This document shows, one piece after another, positions 35,548-45,153 of a DNA stretch of 64,000 bases. The stretch is taken from assembly GCA_965199855.1 (NCBI GenBank), contig OZ241326.1, positions 288,001 to 352,000 on the forward strand, given 5' to 3'. The translations under genes and the position numbers were made by a program. The notes beneath the pieces were generated by a model, which worked only from the letters and a program-made list of their open reading frames with translations, ran no database searches and was not told where the DNA came from. This DNA comes from a bacterium. GTDB lineage: Bacteria; UBA8248. Position 1 is the stretch's first letter; the number at the start of each line of letters is the position of its first letter.

Positions 35548-36918
35548 CTACCGGGGCGTGTTCACCCGCTCCAGCAGCACCGTCAGCTCCCTTACGCGAA
35601 TGGCGTCCAGCCTCGATACGGCGTCCACGATCTCCGCGCGCAGCCGGGCGTCCGCGCGGGCCTCGCTCAGCGCCTCGAACTTCTCGTTCACCGTCCCCCA
35701 CCGCATCGGGGAGGAGAAGTGCCCCTCCCAGGCGGATTTGTCCAGCCTGTAGATTTCGCCGTCCTTCATCCGGATGGAGAGCAGGACGGGCGACAGGGCG
35801 GGATACCGCGCCGTCATCTCGTCCGAATTCACGGTCCGCACCTTCTTCAAGAGCGTCTGCGCGTCGTCCGCGCGGATTCTCTCCTCCTCATACTGCGCGG
35901 GCAGAACCTGCTCGTCGAGGAGGGCGGCGGCCAGGACGTAGGGCAGGCTGTGATCCGCCGTCTCCTTGTTCAGCACGCGCTCGCGCGCGCCCGCCTTGCC
36001 CTCTCCCATGATGAAGTAGGCGCGCTCGTAGATTCCGACTTCGATCTCCTCGATCTCGCCGGGGTCGATGCCGTGCCTGCGCTTCATCTCGATGACGCCC
36101 TCGATGGCCGTCTGGGAGTGGAGGCCCGCGTTGTAGCGCTTCACGCTGATCTCGAGCATCTTGGTCAGGCTCTCGTCCGACCAATCGACCTCGAACTCTC
36201 CCGTCACCGACTCGAAGACCCCCAGGGGGCCCTCCACCAGCAGGAGGGGCCCCTCCACCCCGCGCATGGCGAGGAACGTCGAGTGCACCCCGCTGTGCGC
36301 GCAGGCCGCGTAGGCGAACCCCTTCCAGTGGGAGAGCTCGCCCGTGCGCGTGATGAGCAGGGGATTCTGGCGCACCCCGCTCAGCGCGATGGCGTGGGCC
36401 GTTCTCTCCGCGTCGAGGCCCAGGGCGCGCGAGGCGCCCGCCGCCACGGCGTAGGCGCCCGCCATGGGCTGGTCGAAGCCCCGCTTCTCGTAGGGGGCGC
36501 CGTCGCAGAGGCGGCACTGCACCTCGTACGCCAGGGCGAGGGAGGCGAGGAACTCCGCCCCGCTCGCGTCCGCGTATTCGGCCGCCGCCAGCACGCTGCC
36601 CGCGTTGTCGCTCGGGTGCGAGGTGGCCAGCCTGCCCATGAATCCGTCGTTGAAGTCGAGGTAGCGGATCAGCGCGGTGTTGTAGAACGCCGCCGCGTCG
36701 GGCGCGGCCCTGCCGCCGCCGATGAGCGCGCACAGGGGCGCGCCGCCGAAGTCGTCCGCCTGCTCGCGCAGGAAGCGCACCGGGCCCTCGCCCAGCGAGC
36801 CGATGGCGCAGCCGATGGCGTCGAGCGCGAGCATCTTCATCTGCCCGCGCGCGTCCTCGGAGAGGTCGTCGAAGCTCCGCGCGGCGGCGAACGCCGCGAT
36901 TTCCTCCACAATCGTCAT
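35548..36918 (-). CDS. MmgE/PrpD family (2-methylcitrate dehydratase-like)
   Basis: RYLDFND, SHPSDN, GELSHWKG, KETADHSLPY. Confidence 0.92.
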   Translation of the reverse strand: MTIVEEIAAFAAARSFDDLSEDARGQMKMLALDAIGCAIGSLGEGPVRFLREQADDFGGAPLCALIGGGRAAPDAAAFYNTALIRYLDFNDGFMGRLATSHPSDNAGSVLAAAEYADASGAEFLASLALAYEVQCRLCDGAPYEKRGFDQPMAGAYAVAAGASRALGLDAERTAHAIALSGVRQNPLLITRTGELSHWKGFAYAACAHSGVHSTFLAMRGVEGPLLLVEGPLGVFESVTGEFEVDWSDESLTKMLEISVKRYNAGLHSQTAIEGVIEMKRRHGIDPGEIEEIEVGIYERAYFIMGEGKAGARERVLNKETADHSLPYVLAAALLDEQVLPAQYEEERIRADDAQTLLKKVRTVNSDEMTARYPALSPVLLSIRMKDGEIYRLDKSAWEGHFSSPMRWGTVNEKFEALSEARADARLRAEIVDAVSRLDAIRVRELTVLLERVNTPR

Positions 36919-36948
36919 GTTCGCTCCTTCGTCGAATCCGGGCGGGGG

Positions 36949-37959
36949 CTAGCCGCCGTTCAGTTTCCGGTACGCCTTCTGCATGACGAGGGCGTCGTAT
37001 TCCAGCGCCGGACTCTCGCACACCACCCGGCCCTCGGCGCCGAAGTCTATCAGCGCGCGGAACAGATCCGGATAGTTCATGTCCGACTCGTCGAGCTCGA
37101 GGTGGTGCGCCTCGCCCTTGTCCGAATACGCGATGCCCGAGAGGTGGATGTGCATGTCCAGCAGGGCGCCCGCCCCCATCCTGTTCTTCAGGAGCTCGAG
37201 CTGCGCCCCGAACTCCTCGTAGGTGTTGTTCGCCCCGGCGGAGCGGGCGTGGACGTGGGCGAAGTCGATCGTCATCCCGACGTTCTTCTCCGCGAGCGCC
37301 TCGCCCATGCCGGCGATCTCCTCGAGCGAGCCGAACTGGCTGCCCTTGCCCGTCGTCTCCGGATCCAGGCGAACCGGGCAGCCCTCCTCCTCCAGAGCGT
37401 CGGCGAGCTCCCCTATCTGGCGGCAGATGAAGTCATAGACCTCCTTCGGGTCGCGCTTCTGGTAGAAGCCGGGGTGGAAGCACGCCCCGTCGCCGCCGCA
37501 GGCGGCCAGGGCGCGCGCCGTGTCCAGCACGCGCTTGCGGCTCGCCTCCACCTTCTCCTCCTCCAGCGAATAGAGGTTCACGTAATAGGGGCCGTGCGCC
37601 GTGACGCGGACGCCCGTCTCCGCCCGGGCGGCTCGCACCTCCTCGCAGGTTTCGGGCCGGATGCGGACGCCGTGGACGAACTCCATCTCATAGACGCCCA
37701 GCCCCAGCTCCCGGAGCCGGCGCGCCGCCGCCGGGTGGGTCTGCGGGCGCGCCGAGTGCGGGACGCCCCCGGTGCCGAAGAAGAGCCTGTCCGCCCTTTT
37801 GGGCTTCGCGCTCGGGCGGAGCGGGCCGTCATAGGTTCGATTCTTCGGCTTCTCCCGCGGAACGCCCGGCGCCCAGCCGCGCACGTCCGCCTTCGGCTTC
37901 GCCGCTTTCTTCCTGGCGGCGGCTCCGGGAGCCGCCCGTTTCCTCTCCGGCACGCTCAT
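36949..37959 (-). CDS. Endonuclease IV-like TIM-barrel protein
   Basis: TAHGPYYVNL, FHPG, PETTGK..QFG, IDFAH, HIHLSGI, CESP; basic low-complexity N-terminal extension. Confidence 0.85.
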   Translation of the reverse strand: MSVPERKRAAPGAAARKKAAKPKADVRGWAPGVPREKPKNRTYDGPLRPSAKPKRADRLFFGTGGVPHSARPQTHPAAARRLRELGLGVYEMEFVHGVRIRPETCEEVRAARAETGVRVTAHGPYYVNLYSLEEEKVEASRKRVLDTARALAACGGDGACFHPGFYQKRDPKEVYDFICRQIGELADALEEEGCPVRLDPETTGKGSQFGSLEEIAGMGEALAEKNVGMTIDFAHVHARSAGANNTYEEFGAQLELLKNRMGAGALLDMHIHLSGIAYSDKGEAHHLELDESDMNYPDLFRALIDFGAEGRVVCESPALEYDALVMQKAYRKLNGG

Positions 37960-38176
37960 CCCCCGAAGCTATCCCGCGCAAATGCGCCGTTTTTTTCTCG
38001 GATCGCTCTTTCAGGCGGTCGATGGCCCACTCTAGCAGATATGCGCGCACGCTGCGAAGCCTCCCTGAAGACAATGGCGCTTGCGCCGCCTCACCATTTA
38101 CGGGACTCACGGGAAAAATATCCGCGCTCACGCAGAGCCGGTCAAACCCTCTCCGAATGCGAAATGTATCCTGAAT

Positions 38177-38803
38177 TCACGCGGCGGACGAGCCGCCGGG
38201 GGCGTCCGCAAGCCACTGCGCCATCTGCGCGAGAATCTCCCGCCTGCCCCGCCCGTCCTTCGCGCTACAGAGAACCGGCCCGGCCCACCGCCCATACAGC
38301 CCGCCGCCGGCCGTCATGGTCGAGGCGAGGGCGTCCACGGTCTTTCGCCTCTCGCTCTGCCTGAGCTTGTCCGCCTTGGTGAGCGCGAGGCAGGCCGGAA
38401 CGTCCGCCGCCGCCAGCCATTCCAGGAGCGCCAGGTCCATCTCCCCCGCTCCCCGGCGCGAATCGATGAGCACGACCACGCCCAGGAGCGTCTCGCGCTC
38501 CCTGAGATACGCCTCGACCATCGGCCGCCAGCGCGCCCTCTCCGCAAGCGGGGCGCGCGCGTAGCCGTAGCCCGGCAAGTCCACGAGCGCGAAGCGGTCG
38601 TCCACGCCGAAGAAGTTGATGAGCCGGGTCTTGCCCGGCGCCGCGCTGGTCTTGGCGAGGCTCTTTCGATTCGTCAGAAAGTTGATGAGCGAGGATTTGC
38701 CGACGTTGCTCCTGCCCGCGAAGGCGATCTCCGGAAGGTCGGCGCCGGGCCAGCCGGCGCGCTCGGCCGCGCTCTTGATGAACGCGGCGCTTCGGATTCT
38801 CAT
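38177..38803 (-). CDS. engB: Ribosome biogenesis GTPase YihA/YsxC
   Basis: EIAFAGRSNVGKSSLIN, PGKTR, DLPGYGY, TKADK. Confidence 0.96.
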   Translation of the reverse strand: MRIRSAAFIKSAAERAGWPGADLPEIAFAGRSNVGKSSLINFLTNRKSLAKTSAAPGKTRLINFFGVDDRFALVDLPGYGYARAPLAERARWRPMVEAYLRERETLLGVVVLIDSRRGAGEMDLALLEWLAAADVPACLALTKADKLRQSERRKTVDALASTMTAGGGLYGRWAGPVLCSAKDGRGRREILAQMAQWLADAPGGSSAA

Positions 38804-38819
38804 GTCTCGCGCCCGGGCG

Positions 38820-40136
38820 TCAGGAGGAGTCCCCCGCCGGGGGAGCGAAGGCGTGAACCACGAGCCCCGTGCGCAGCTTGGGGTAGAAATAGGTCGATTT
38901 GTGGGGCATCCGCCCGCCGGCGCGGGCGATGGCGCGCACCGAGGCGATGGGGGTGGGATTCAGCAGAAGCGCCGCCGCGCACGCCCCGCTCCGGGCGGAG
39001 GCGAGCGCCCGCTCCGGATCGGGCGTGAAGCCGATGTCCGCCTCCCCGTGGGACGCTCGATACGCGCCCTCCACGACGTCCGCGTGCAGGCGGCTCACGT
39101 CCAGGGCGGCGACGGCCTCCTCCACGGAGCCCGCCTCCCCCCCGCGCGGCGCGCCGACGAGATACCGCAGGCGCGCGCCGCCGTCGTAAAGACAGAACGC
39201 GGAGACCTCGCCCCTCTCCCGCGCCAGCCGCGCCAGCCGCGCCGCCGCCTCCGCGCCGCGCCCGGCCGCGGGCGCCGCTTCTTCCAGAATCTCGTATTTC
39301 CCCGCGAGGACGGCGAGCGCCTCCTCCGTCGTCGCGCCCGTCTTCCCGAGCAGCCTGTGCGTGGGCAGAATCGCCATCCCCGGGTCCGAGGCGTCCGCCA
39401 GGCACATGAGCGCGTAGTCCGCCGGGCCGCCCTCGGGCGCGCCGCGCGCCCGCGCCGCCTCCCGAAGGTTCAGGGAGGTTTCATAGCGGTGGTGGCCGTC
39501 CGCGATGAACACATCCTCCCCGCGGAGCGCCTCGCGCGCGGCCGCTATGGCGCGGGCGTCCGCGCACCGCCACAGGGTGTGGCGCACGCCGCCGTCCTCG
39601 AAATCGGCGAGGGGCGCGCCGGCCCTCGCGCCCTCCAGGACGCGCGCGGCCGCTCCGCGGGCGCCCTCGCTGAAGCCGAAGACGGGCCCCAGGTGCGCCC
39701 CGCACGCGCCCCACAAATCGAACAGATAGCCCTTGGGCTTCGGGAAGGTGCGCTCGTGCGGGTGAATCCGGCCCTCGCCGTAGGGCTCGAGCTTCACGGC
39801 GGCGAAAAACGAATGCCGCTCCAGGCGGGCGCCGTCGGGAAGGGAGAAGCGCTGCCGGTAGGGATAGAGGGCGGGGGCGTCGTCCAGCGCCATCTCCCCG
39901 CTCTCGCGCCACTCCCGAAGATGCGCGGCGGCGCGCGCCACCCGGCCCGCGTCTCCCTCCTCGCCCTCGTGGATTTCGCCCTGAATCAGCCGGGCGACGT
40001 TGCGGGGGTGGCGCTCGTGATAGGCGCGCCTCATTTCGGGCGTGAAGACGTCATAGGGCGGGGAGGAGACTTCTCCCATCTCCTCCGGCGCGGCGTTCGC
40101 GTACCTGAGCGCGCGAAACGCGCGGATTTCGACCAC
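38820..40136 (-). CDS. DUF1015-family protein
   Basis: IRAFRALRY, PPYDV, HPHERT, IADGHHRYE, PTHR, MPHKSTYFYPK. Confidence 0.9.
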   Translation of the reverse strand: MVEIRAFRALRYANAAPEEMGEVSSPPYDVFTPEMRRAYHERHPRNVARLIQGEIHEGEEGDAGRVARAAAHLREWRESGEMALDDAPALYPYRQRFSLPDGARLERHSFFAAVKLEPYGEGRIHPHERTFPKPKGYLFDLWGACGAHLGPVFGFSEGARGAAARVLEGARAGAPLADFEDGGVRHTLWRCADARAIAAAREALRGEDVFIADGHHRYETSLNLREAARARGAPEGGPADYALMCLADASDPGMAILPTHRLLGKTGATTEEALAVLAGKYEILEEAAPAAGRGAEAAARLARLARERGEVSAFCLYDGGARLRYLVGAPRGGEAGSVEEAVAALDVSRLHADVVEGAYRASHGEADIGFTPDPERALASARSGACAAALLLNPTPIASVRAIARAGGRMPHKSTYFYPKLRTGLVVHAFAPPAGDSS

Positions 40137-40327
40137 GAAAAGCCCCTTTGCGCGAAGAGGGAAGGCGGGCGGCGCGAGGATGGTAAGGCGGGGCGGGCGC
40201 GCTGTCAAAACGGGACGGCCAGGGCGGGCGCGTCCGAATTTCCGGTGCGGGAGTTGACCCCGGCGGCGGGGCGGCCTAGTTTCCCGTTGACGGGGGGATC
40301 GCGCCGCGGGCGCGGAGGAGGAAGCGG

Positions 40328-41278
40328 TTGAGGACGAAATTCGGCGTCAGCTTCGGGATGCACCCCGAGCGCCTCTATCCGCCCGGGGAGATGTTCGCCT
40401 TCGCGGAGGAAGCCGAGGCGCTGGGCTACGACTCCCTGTGGATAGGCGATCACGTCTCCTTCTACGGCCACTACACCGAGAGCCTCACCACCCTGGCCGC
40501 CTACGCGGCGCGAACCAGCCGGATCACGCTGGGGACGAGCGTCTATCTCCTGCCGCTCCGAAGGCCCGCCGTCGCCGCCAAGACGGCGGCCACGGTGGAC
40601 TACCTCACGGGCGGGGGCCGCTTCATCTTCGGCGTGGGCGTGGGCGGCGAGGGGGCGGCGGAGTTCGAGCTCTGCGGCGTGCCGCTCTCGGAGCGGGGAG
40701 CGCGGACGGACGAATCCCTCGAAATCATGCGGAAGCTCTGGAGCGGCGAGGCGGTGAGCCACCAGGGGCGCTTCTGGCGGTTCGGCGGGGCGCGCCAGAC
40801 GCCGGCCCCGCTCACGCCGGGCGGCCCGCCCGTCTGGGCGGGCGGACGCAGCGACGCCGCCCGAAGGCGCGCCGCGCTCGCCTGCGAGGGCTACGTCTCC
40901 TACATGTTCACCGCCCCGCGCTTCGCCAGGGGCCTCGAGGACATGAGGCGGTGGGCGGAGGAGGCGGGCAGGCCCCTCGATATCGAGGGCGGAAAGTGGA
41001 CGCCCGCGCACCACGCCTTCATCTACGCGCACGAGGACGCGGAGCGCGCCCTGCGCCGCGGCGTCGAGAACCTCTCGATGCGCTACAACATGGACTTCGA
41101 CGGCATCGCGCAGAAGTATCTCCTCTACGGGCCGCCCGCGCGCTGCGTGGAGCGCATAGCCGAGTTCAAGGAGGCGGGGGTCAGGCACTTCATCTTCAAG
41201 CACGCGGGGCCGGCCGAGGAGGAGAGGGAGCAGATGGCGCTCCTGGCGCAGGAGGTGATTCCGGAGATGAGAGATTGA
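40328..41278 (+). CDS. LLM-class flavin-dependent oxidoreductase
   Basis: AEALGYDSLWIGDH, LGTSV, GRFIFGVGVG, PPVWAGG. Confidence 0.92.
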   Translation: MRTKFGVSFGMHPERLYPPGEMFAFAEEAEALGYDSLWIGDHVSFYGHYTESLTTLAAYAARTSRITLGTSVYLLPLRRPAVAAKTAATVDYLTGGGRFIFGVGVGGEGAAEFELCGVPLSERGARTDESLEIMRKLWSGEAVSHQGRFWRFGGARQTPAPLTPGGPPVWAGGRSDAARRRAALACEGYVSYMFTAPRFARGLEDMRRWAEEAGRPLDIEGGKWTPAHHAFIYAHEDAERALRRGVENLSMRYNMDFDGIAQKYLLYGPPARCVERIAEFKEAGVRHFIFKHAGPAEEEREQMALLAQEVIPEMRD

Positions 41279-41628
41279 GCGGAGCGAAGAGAAGCGGCCT
41301 CAAGTGGCCGGCGTGCACCCTTTTGATTCTCGCGATCCTGGGCGGAACGGCCTACTGGGGCTACGACAGATTCCAGGCCGAGCGCGCCATGACGAAGGCG
41401 CGCGCCGCCGCGCAGGCGCAAAAAGCGGGAGAGGCGGCGGCCGCGTCCCCCGCGCCGCCGACCTACCGGCCCGTATTTCCCCTGTCCTTTCTGGCGGGCT
41501 TCGCCCTGGTGATGGCGGCCATTCTGGGGAGCGTCATCTACTTCTGGTGGTCGCTCAAGGACATGGAGGGCGGCGGACGCTACGGCGAGGAGGAGGAGAA
41601 GGCCCCCGACGAGGCCCCCGCTCCCTGA
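41275..41628 (+). CDS. Hypothetical two-TM membrane protein
   Basis: TTG overlaps the upstream stop; two hydrophobic segments, acidic tail. Confidence 0.6.
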   Translation: MSGAKRSGLKWPACTLLILAILGGTAYWGYDRFQAERAMTKARAAAQAQKAGEAAAASPAPPTYRPVFPLSFLAGFALVMAAILGSVIYFWWSLKDMEGGGRYGEEEEKAPDEAPAP

Positions 41629-41640
41629 AAGGCTCCCGCC

Positions 41641-42729
41641 TCAATCCTGCTCGATGGCGGAGAGGAACCACCGGCCCTCGTCCCGCGCCCTCACCCACGT
41701 CCATCGCTCGCTGAAGCGCTCGGGCTCCGCGCGGCTTCCCTCCAGCACCTCCCCGGTTCCCTCGCGCACCACGTAGTCGCAAAGGCTCGCCTCGTAGCGC
41801 GCGGTGATGAAGTCGTAGCCCTCCTCGCTCCAGGCCTCGACGACCTCGGCGCGCTCGATCTCCACGTTGTCCAGCCTGTTCACCTTGCCCTCGCGCCTCA
41901 GGCCCTCGATGTCGCGCTCGACTTCCGCGTATATCTCATCGTCCATGAGCTCGCGGACGGGCGCCAGGTCGCGCGCCGACCACGCCTGCTGGAACCGAAG
42001 GAAGTTCTCCTTCGCCATATCCAGGAACGCCTCCTCGGAGAAGGAGGAATCCGCCTCGGCCATTTTCCGCAGCGCCTCCTCCGCCCCCGAGTCGCGGCGC
42101 GGGGCGACGCCCGAGGCGCCCCCGCCCCGGGCCGGGCCGATGTCCGGGCCGCGATACGCGCCGCCTCCCCTTTCGCGCCCGCCGCGCGGCGCCTCTTCAT
42201 GTTCATGTCCGCCCACGCCGTAGGGGTCGGCTCCGGCGCGGCCCTCTCCCGCGTAGCGGGGCGCCTCGTAGGAGGCGGCGGCGCGGCTGCGCATCATCCG
42301 GAAGATGAGGAAGACGGCGCCGCCGATGAGGAGGATTTCGAGAAGCCCGAAGCCGCCCCCCATCCCGTAGCCTCCCATGCCGCCGAACATCATCCGCCCC
42401 AGCATCCCGCCCAGCAGAAAGCCGCCGATGCCCGCGAACAGGCCGCTCCCGAGGCCGCCGCCCAGGAGCGAGCGCCTCTGAAGCGGCCGGCGCGAAAACG
42501 CCCGCGAGCGCGAACCGAAGTTCGAGCGCCTCGAGAAGCCCCTGCGCCCGAAGCCCCCGAACCCGCGCGAGCCGCGAAACCCGAAGGAGCGGAAGCCGCC
42601 GAAGCGGCGCGCCTCCGCCTGATCGACCGCCAGGCCCAGGCCGCCCCCCGGCGCGCGCGCGGGCGTCCCCAGGTGCGCCGGCGCGAAAAGCAGGAGCGCG
42701 AAAAGCGAAACGATGAACAGGCGCCTCAT
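41641..42729 (-). CDS. Tim44-domain protein with Gly/Arg-rich N-terminus
   Basis: MRRLFIVSLF..., AEARRFGG.RSFG.RGSR, GFLLGGMLG, FLRFQQAWS.RD, FSERWTW.R, WFLSAIEQ. Confidence 0.88.
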   Translation of the reverse strand: MRRLFIVSLFALLLFAPAHLGTPARAPGGGLGLAVDQAEARRFGGFRSFGFRGSRGFGGFGRRGFSRRSNFGSRSRAFSRRPLQRRSLLGGGLGSGLFAGIGGFLLGGMLGRMMFGGMGGYGMGGGFGLLEILLIGGAVFLIFRMMRSRAAASYEAPRYAGEGRAGADPYGVGGHEHEEAPRGGRERGGGAYRGPDIGPARGGGASGVAPRRDSGAEEALRKMAEADSSFSEEAFLDMAKENFLRFQQAWSARDLAPVRELMDDEIYAEVERDIEGLRREGKVNRLDNVEIERAEVVEAWSEEGYDFITARYEASLCDYVVREGTGEVLEGSRAEPERFSERWTWVRARDEGRWFLSAIEQD

Positions 42730-42966
42730 CCCGAACCTCCGCAGGCGGCCGAAGCCGAAAAAGAAAACAGACGCGCCGACGCCCCCGATTATCCCAGCAT
42801 GGAGGCTCCAAGTCCATTGCGAACGGGGAGGCGGGGCGGGAACCCGCCCGAATCGTTGATGGAGCGGCCGCCCTCTGCTACCATCGGACGCTCCCGGAAG
42901 CCTGGGCAGCGAACCCCTCCGGCGCCGCGCGGCGAGCGGCCCGGACAGCCGAGGACGCCCCTCCCC

Positions 42967-44166
42967 ATGAGCGACCCCAAAAGAATGCCGCTCGAAGGCG
43001 TGCGGGTCATCGACGTCGGCACCCTGTTCGCCGGCCCCTGGATAGCCACCTACATGGCGGACTTCGGGGCGGACGTCGTCAAGATCGAGCATCCGCGCGG
43101 CGACTCGCTCCGGAACTTCGCCTCCCAGAAGAACGGCGTCTCCCTGTGGTGGAAGCTGGCGGGCCGCAACAAGAAGTCCGTCACCTGCGACATCTCCGCG
43201 CCGGAGGGAGGGGAGATCCTCCGCAGGCTCTGCGAGGACGCCGACGTGCTGGTGGAGAACTTCCGCCCCGGCGCCATGGAGAGGTGGGGCTTCTCCTGGG
43301 AGCGGCTCCACGCGCTCAACCCGAAGCTGATATTCGCGCGGACGAGCGGCTTCGGGCAGAAGGGCCCCTACGCGCGGAGGCCGGGCTTCGGCACGCTCGC
43401 CGAGGCGATGAGCGGCTTCGCGCACGTCACGGGCTTTCCCGACGGGCCGCCCACGCTGCCGCCCTTCGCCCTCGCCGACGGCATCAGCGCGATGTGCGGC
43501 GCCTACGCCGTAATGATGGCGCTCTACCACCGCGACGTCCACGGCGCGCCGGGCCAGGAGATCGACATCGCCATCTACGAGCCCATCACCACGGTGCTGG
43601 GCCCCCAGCCGCTCGAATGCGATCAGCTCGGCCTCGTCCAGACGCGCACGGGAAACGCCATACCCTTCGCCGCGCCCCGAAACGCCTACCGCTGCCGGGA
43701 CGGACGCTACGTCGTGATTTCCGCGAGCGCGGAGAGCATCTTCGGGCGCGTCATGCGCGCCGTGGACCGCCCCGATCTGGCCGAGGACCCCAGAATGCGG
43801 ACCCAGGCGGGCCGGGTGGAGAACATGGCCGAGCTGGACGCGGCCATCCAGGGCTGGATAGGCGAGCATTCGCTCGAGGAGACCATCGCCCACTTCGAGG
43901 AGCGCGAGTGCGCCCTGGGGCCCATCTACGACGTGGCCCAGCTGATGGCGGACCCCCACGTTCAGGCGCGCGGGAGCATCACCACGGTGGAGGACGAGGA
44001 GCTGGGCCCCATCCGGATGCAGAACGTCATCCCCCGGCTCAACGGCTCGCCCGGGCGAATCCGCTGGGCGGGGCCTCCCAAGGGCAGGCACACCGAAGAG
44101 GCGCTCTCGGAAATCGGATACGACGCGGCGGCGGTCGCCGCCCTGAGAGACAAGGGCGTCGTCTAG
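42967..44166 (+). CDS. CoA-transferase family III (CaiB/BaiF)
   Basis: PLEGVRVID, ADFGADVVKIE, RNKKSV, ENFRPG, SGFGQKGPY. Confidence 0.93.
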   Translation: MSDPKRMPLEGVRVIDVGTLFAGPWIATYMADFGADVVKIEHPRGDSLRNFASQKNGVSLWWKLAGRNKKSVTCDISAPEGGEILRRLCEDADVLVENFRPGAMERWGFSWERLHALNPKLIFARTSGFGQKGPYARRPGFGTLAEAMSGFAHVTGFPDGPPTLPPFALADGISAMCGAYAVMMALYHRDVHGAPGQEIDIAIYEPITTVLGPQPLECDQLGLVQTRTGNAIPFAAPRNAYRCRDGRYVVISASAESIFGRVMRAVDRPDLAEDPRMRTQAGRVENMAELDAAIQGWIGEHSLEETIAHFEERECALGPIYDVAQLMADPHVQARGSITTVEDEELGPIRMQNVIPRLNGSPGRIRWAGPPKGRHTEEALSEIGYDAAAVAALRDKGVV

Positions 44167-44173
44167 CCCCCCG

Positions 44174-45076
44174 ATGCGCGAACCTCCGGACCACTGCGTC
44201 TTCATCTTCCATGAAGACTACCGCGCCGACGTGGGCGACCACGTCCTCCAGGTCGAGAAATACCGGAAGACCCACGCCCGGCTGCGGGAGGCCGGGCTGC
44301 CCGAGGCCGCCTTTCTCGCCCCGCGCGCGGCGACGGAGGAGGAGCTGGGCCTCGTCCACGCCCCCGAATACCTGGCCGATCTGCTCGGCGGCGCGCACAC
44401 CGCGCGCACGCTTCCGAGCGAACTCCCCATCAGCCGGGAGATCGTCCGCGCGGGCTTTCTGGCGGCGGGCGGCGGCATCCTCGCCGCGCGCGAGGCGATC
44501 GGGAGGGGCCGCGCCCTGAACCTCACGGGCGGGTTCCACCACGCCTTCGCCGACCGGGCGGAGGGCTTCTGCTACGTGAACGATCTGGCGGTCGCCGTCC
44601 GCGTCCTTCAGAAGGAGGGCGCCATAGCGCGGGCCGCGGTCATCGACTGCGACCTCCACCAGGGAAACGGCACCGCCGCCATCTTCCGGCGCGACGAGGC
44701 CGTGTTCACCTTCTCGATTCACCAGGAGAACATCTATCCCGAAAAGAGAAGGAGCGACCTGGACGTGGGGCTCTCCGACCTCGCCACAGACGAGGAGTAT
44801 CTGCCCCGCCTGGAAAGGCATCTCCCCGGAATCCTGGACGGCCACGCCCCCGATCTGGTTCTCTACCAGGCCGGGGCGGACCCCTACGCCGGGGATCAGC
44901 TCGGAACCCTCCAGCTCTCCAAGGAGGGGCTGGCGAGGCGCGACGAATACGTCATCGGGCAGTGCCTCTCGCGCGGCATCCCGATAGCGGGCTCCCTCGG
45001 CGGGGGCTACGCGCTCGATCCCGAGGACACGGTCGACATCCACTTCCGGACGGCGCTTCGCTTCTGGGAGGCGTGA
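44174..45076 (+). CDS. Histone deacetylase-family Zn hydrolase
   Basis: GGFHHA, GFCYVND, DCDLHQGNGT, AGADP, GGGY. Confidence 0.93.
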   Translation: MREPPDHCVFIFHEDYRADVGDHVLQVEKYRKTHARLREAGLPEAAFLAPRAATEEELGLVHAPEYLADLLGGAHTARTLPSELPISREIVRAGFLAAGGGILAAREAIGRGRALNLTGGFHHAFADRAEGFCYVNDLAVAVRVLQKEGAIARAAVIDCDLHQGNGTAAIFRRDEAVFTFSIHQENIYPEKRRSDLDVGLSDLATDEEYLPRLERHLPGILDGHAPDLVLYQAGADPYAGDQLGTLQLSKEGLARRDEYVIGQCLSRGIPIAGSLGGGYALDPEDTVDIHFRTALRFWEA

Positions 45077-45153
45077 GGAGGCGCTTCGCCCCAGGCGCGG
45101 GCGGGGCGTATAATCCCCCCGGCGTCCGCGATTCGCCATCAGCAGGGAGGCGC

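Noticed and set aside
41641-44205. Apparent fusion ORFs (854 aa here; also 31331-33220 and 48395-50548)
   Set aside because: Only the C-terminal parts are real genes with their own starts; the upstream portions overlap other genes out of frame or antisense.
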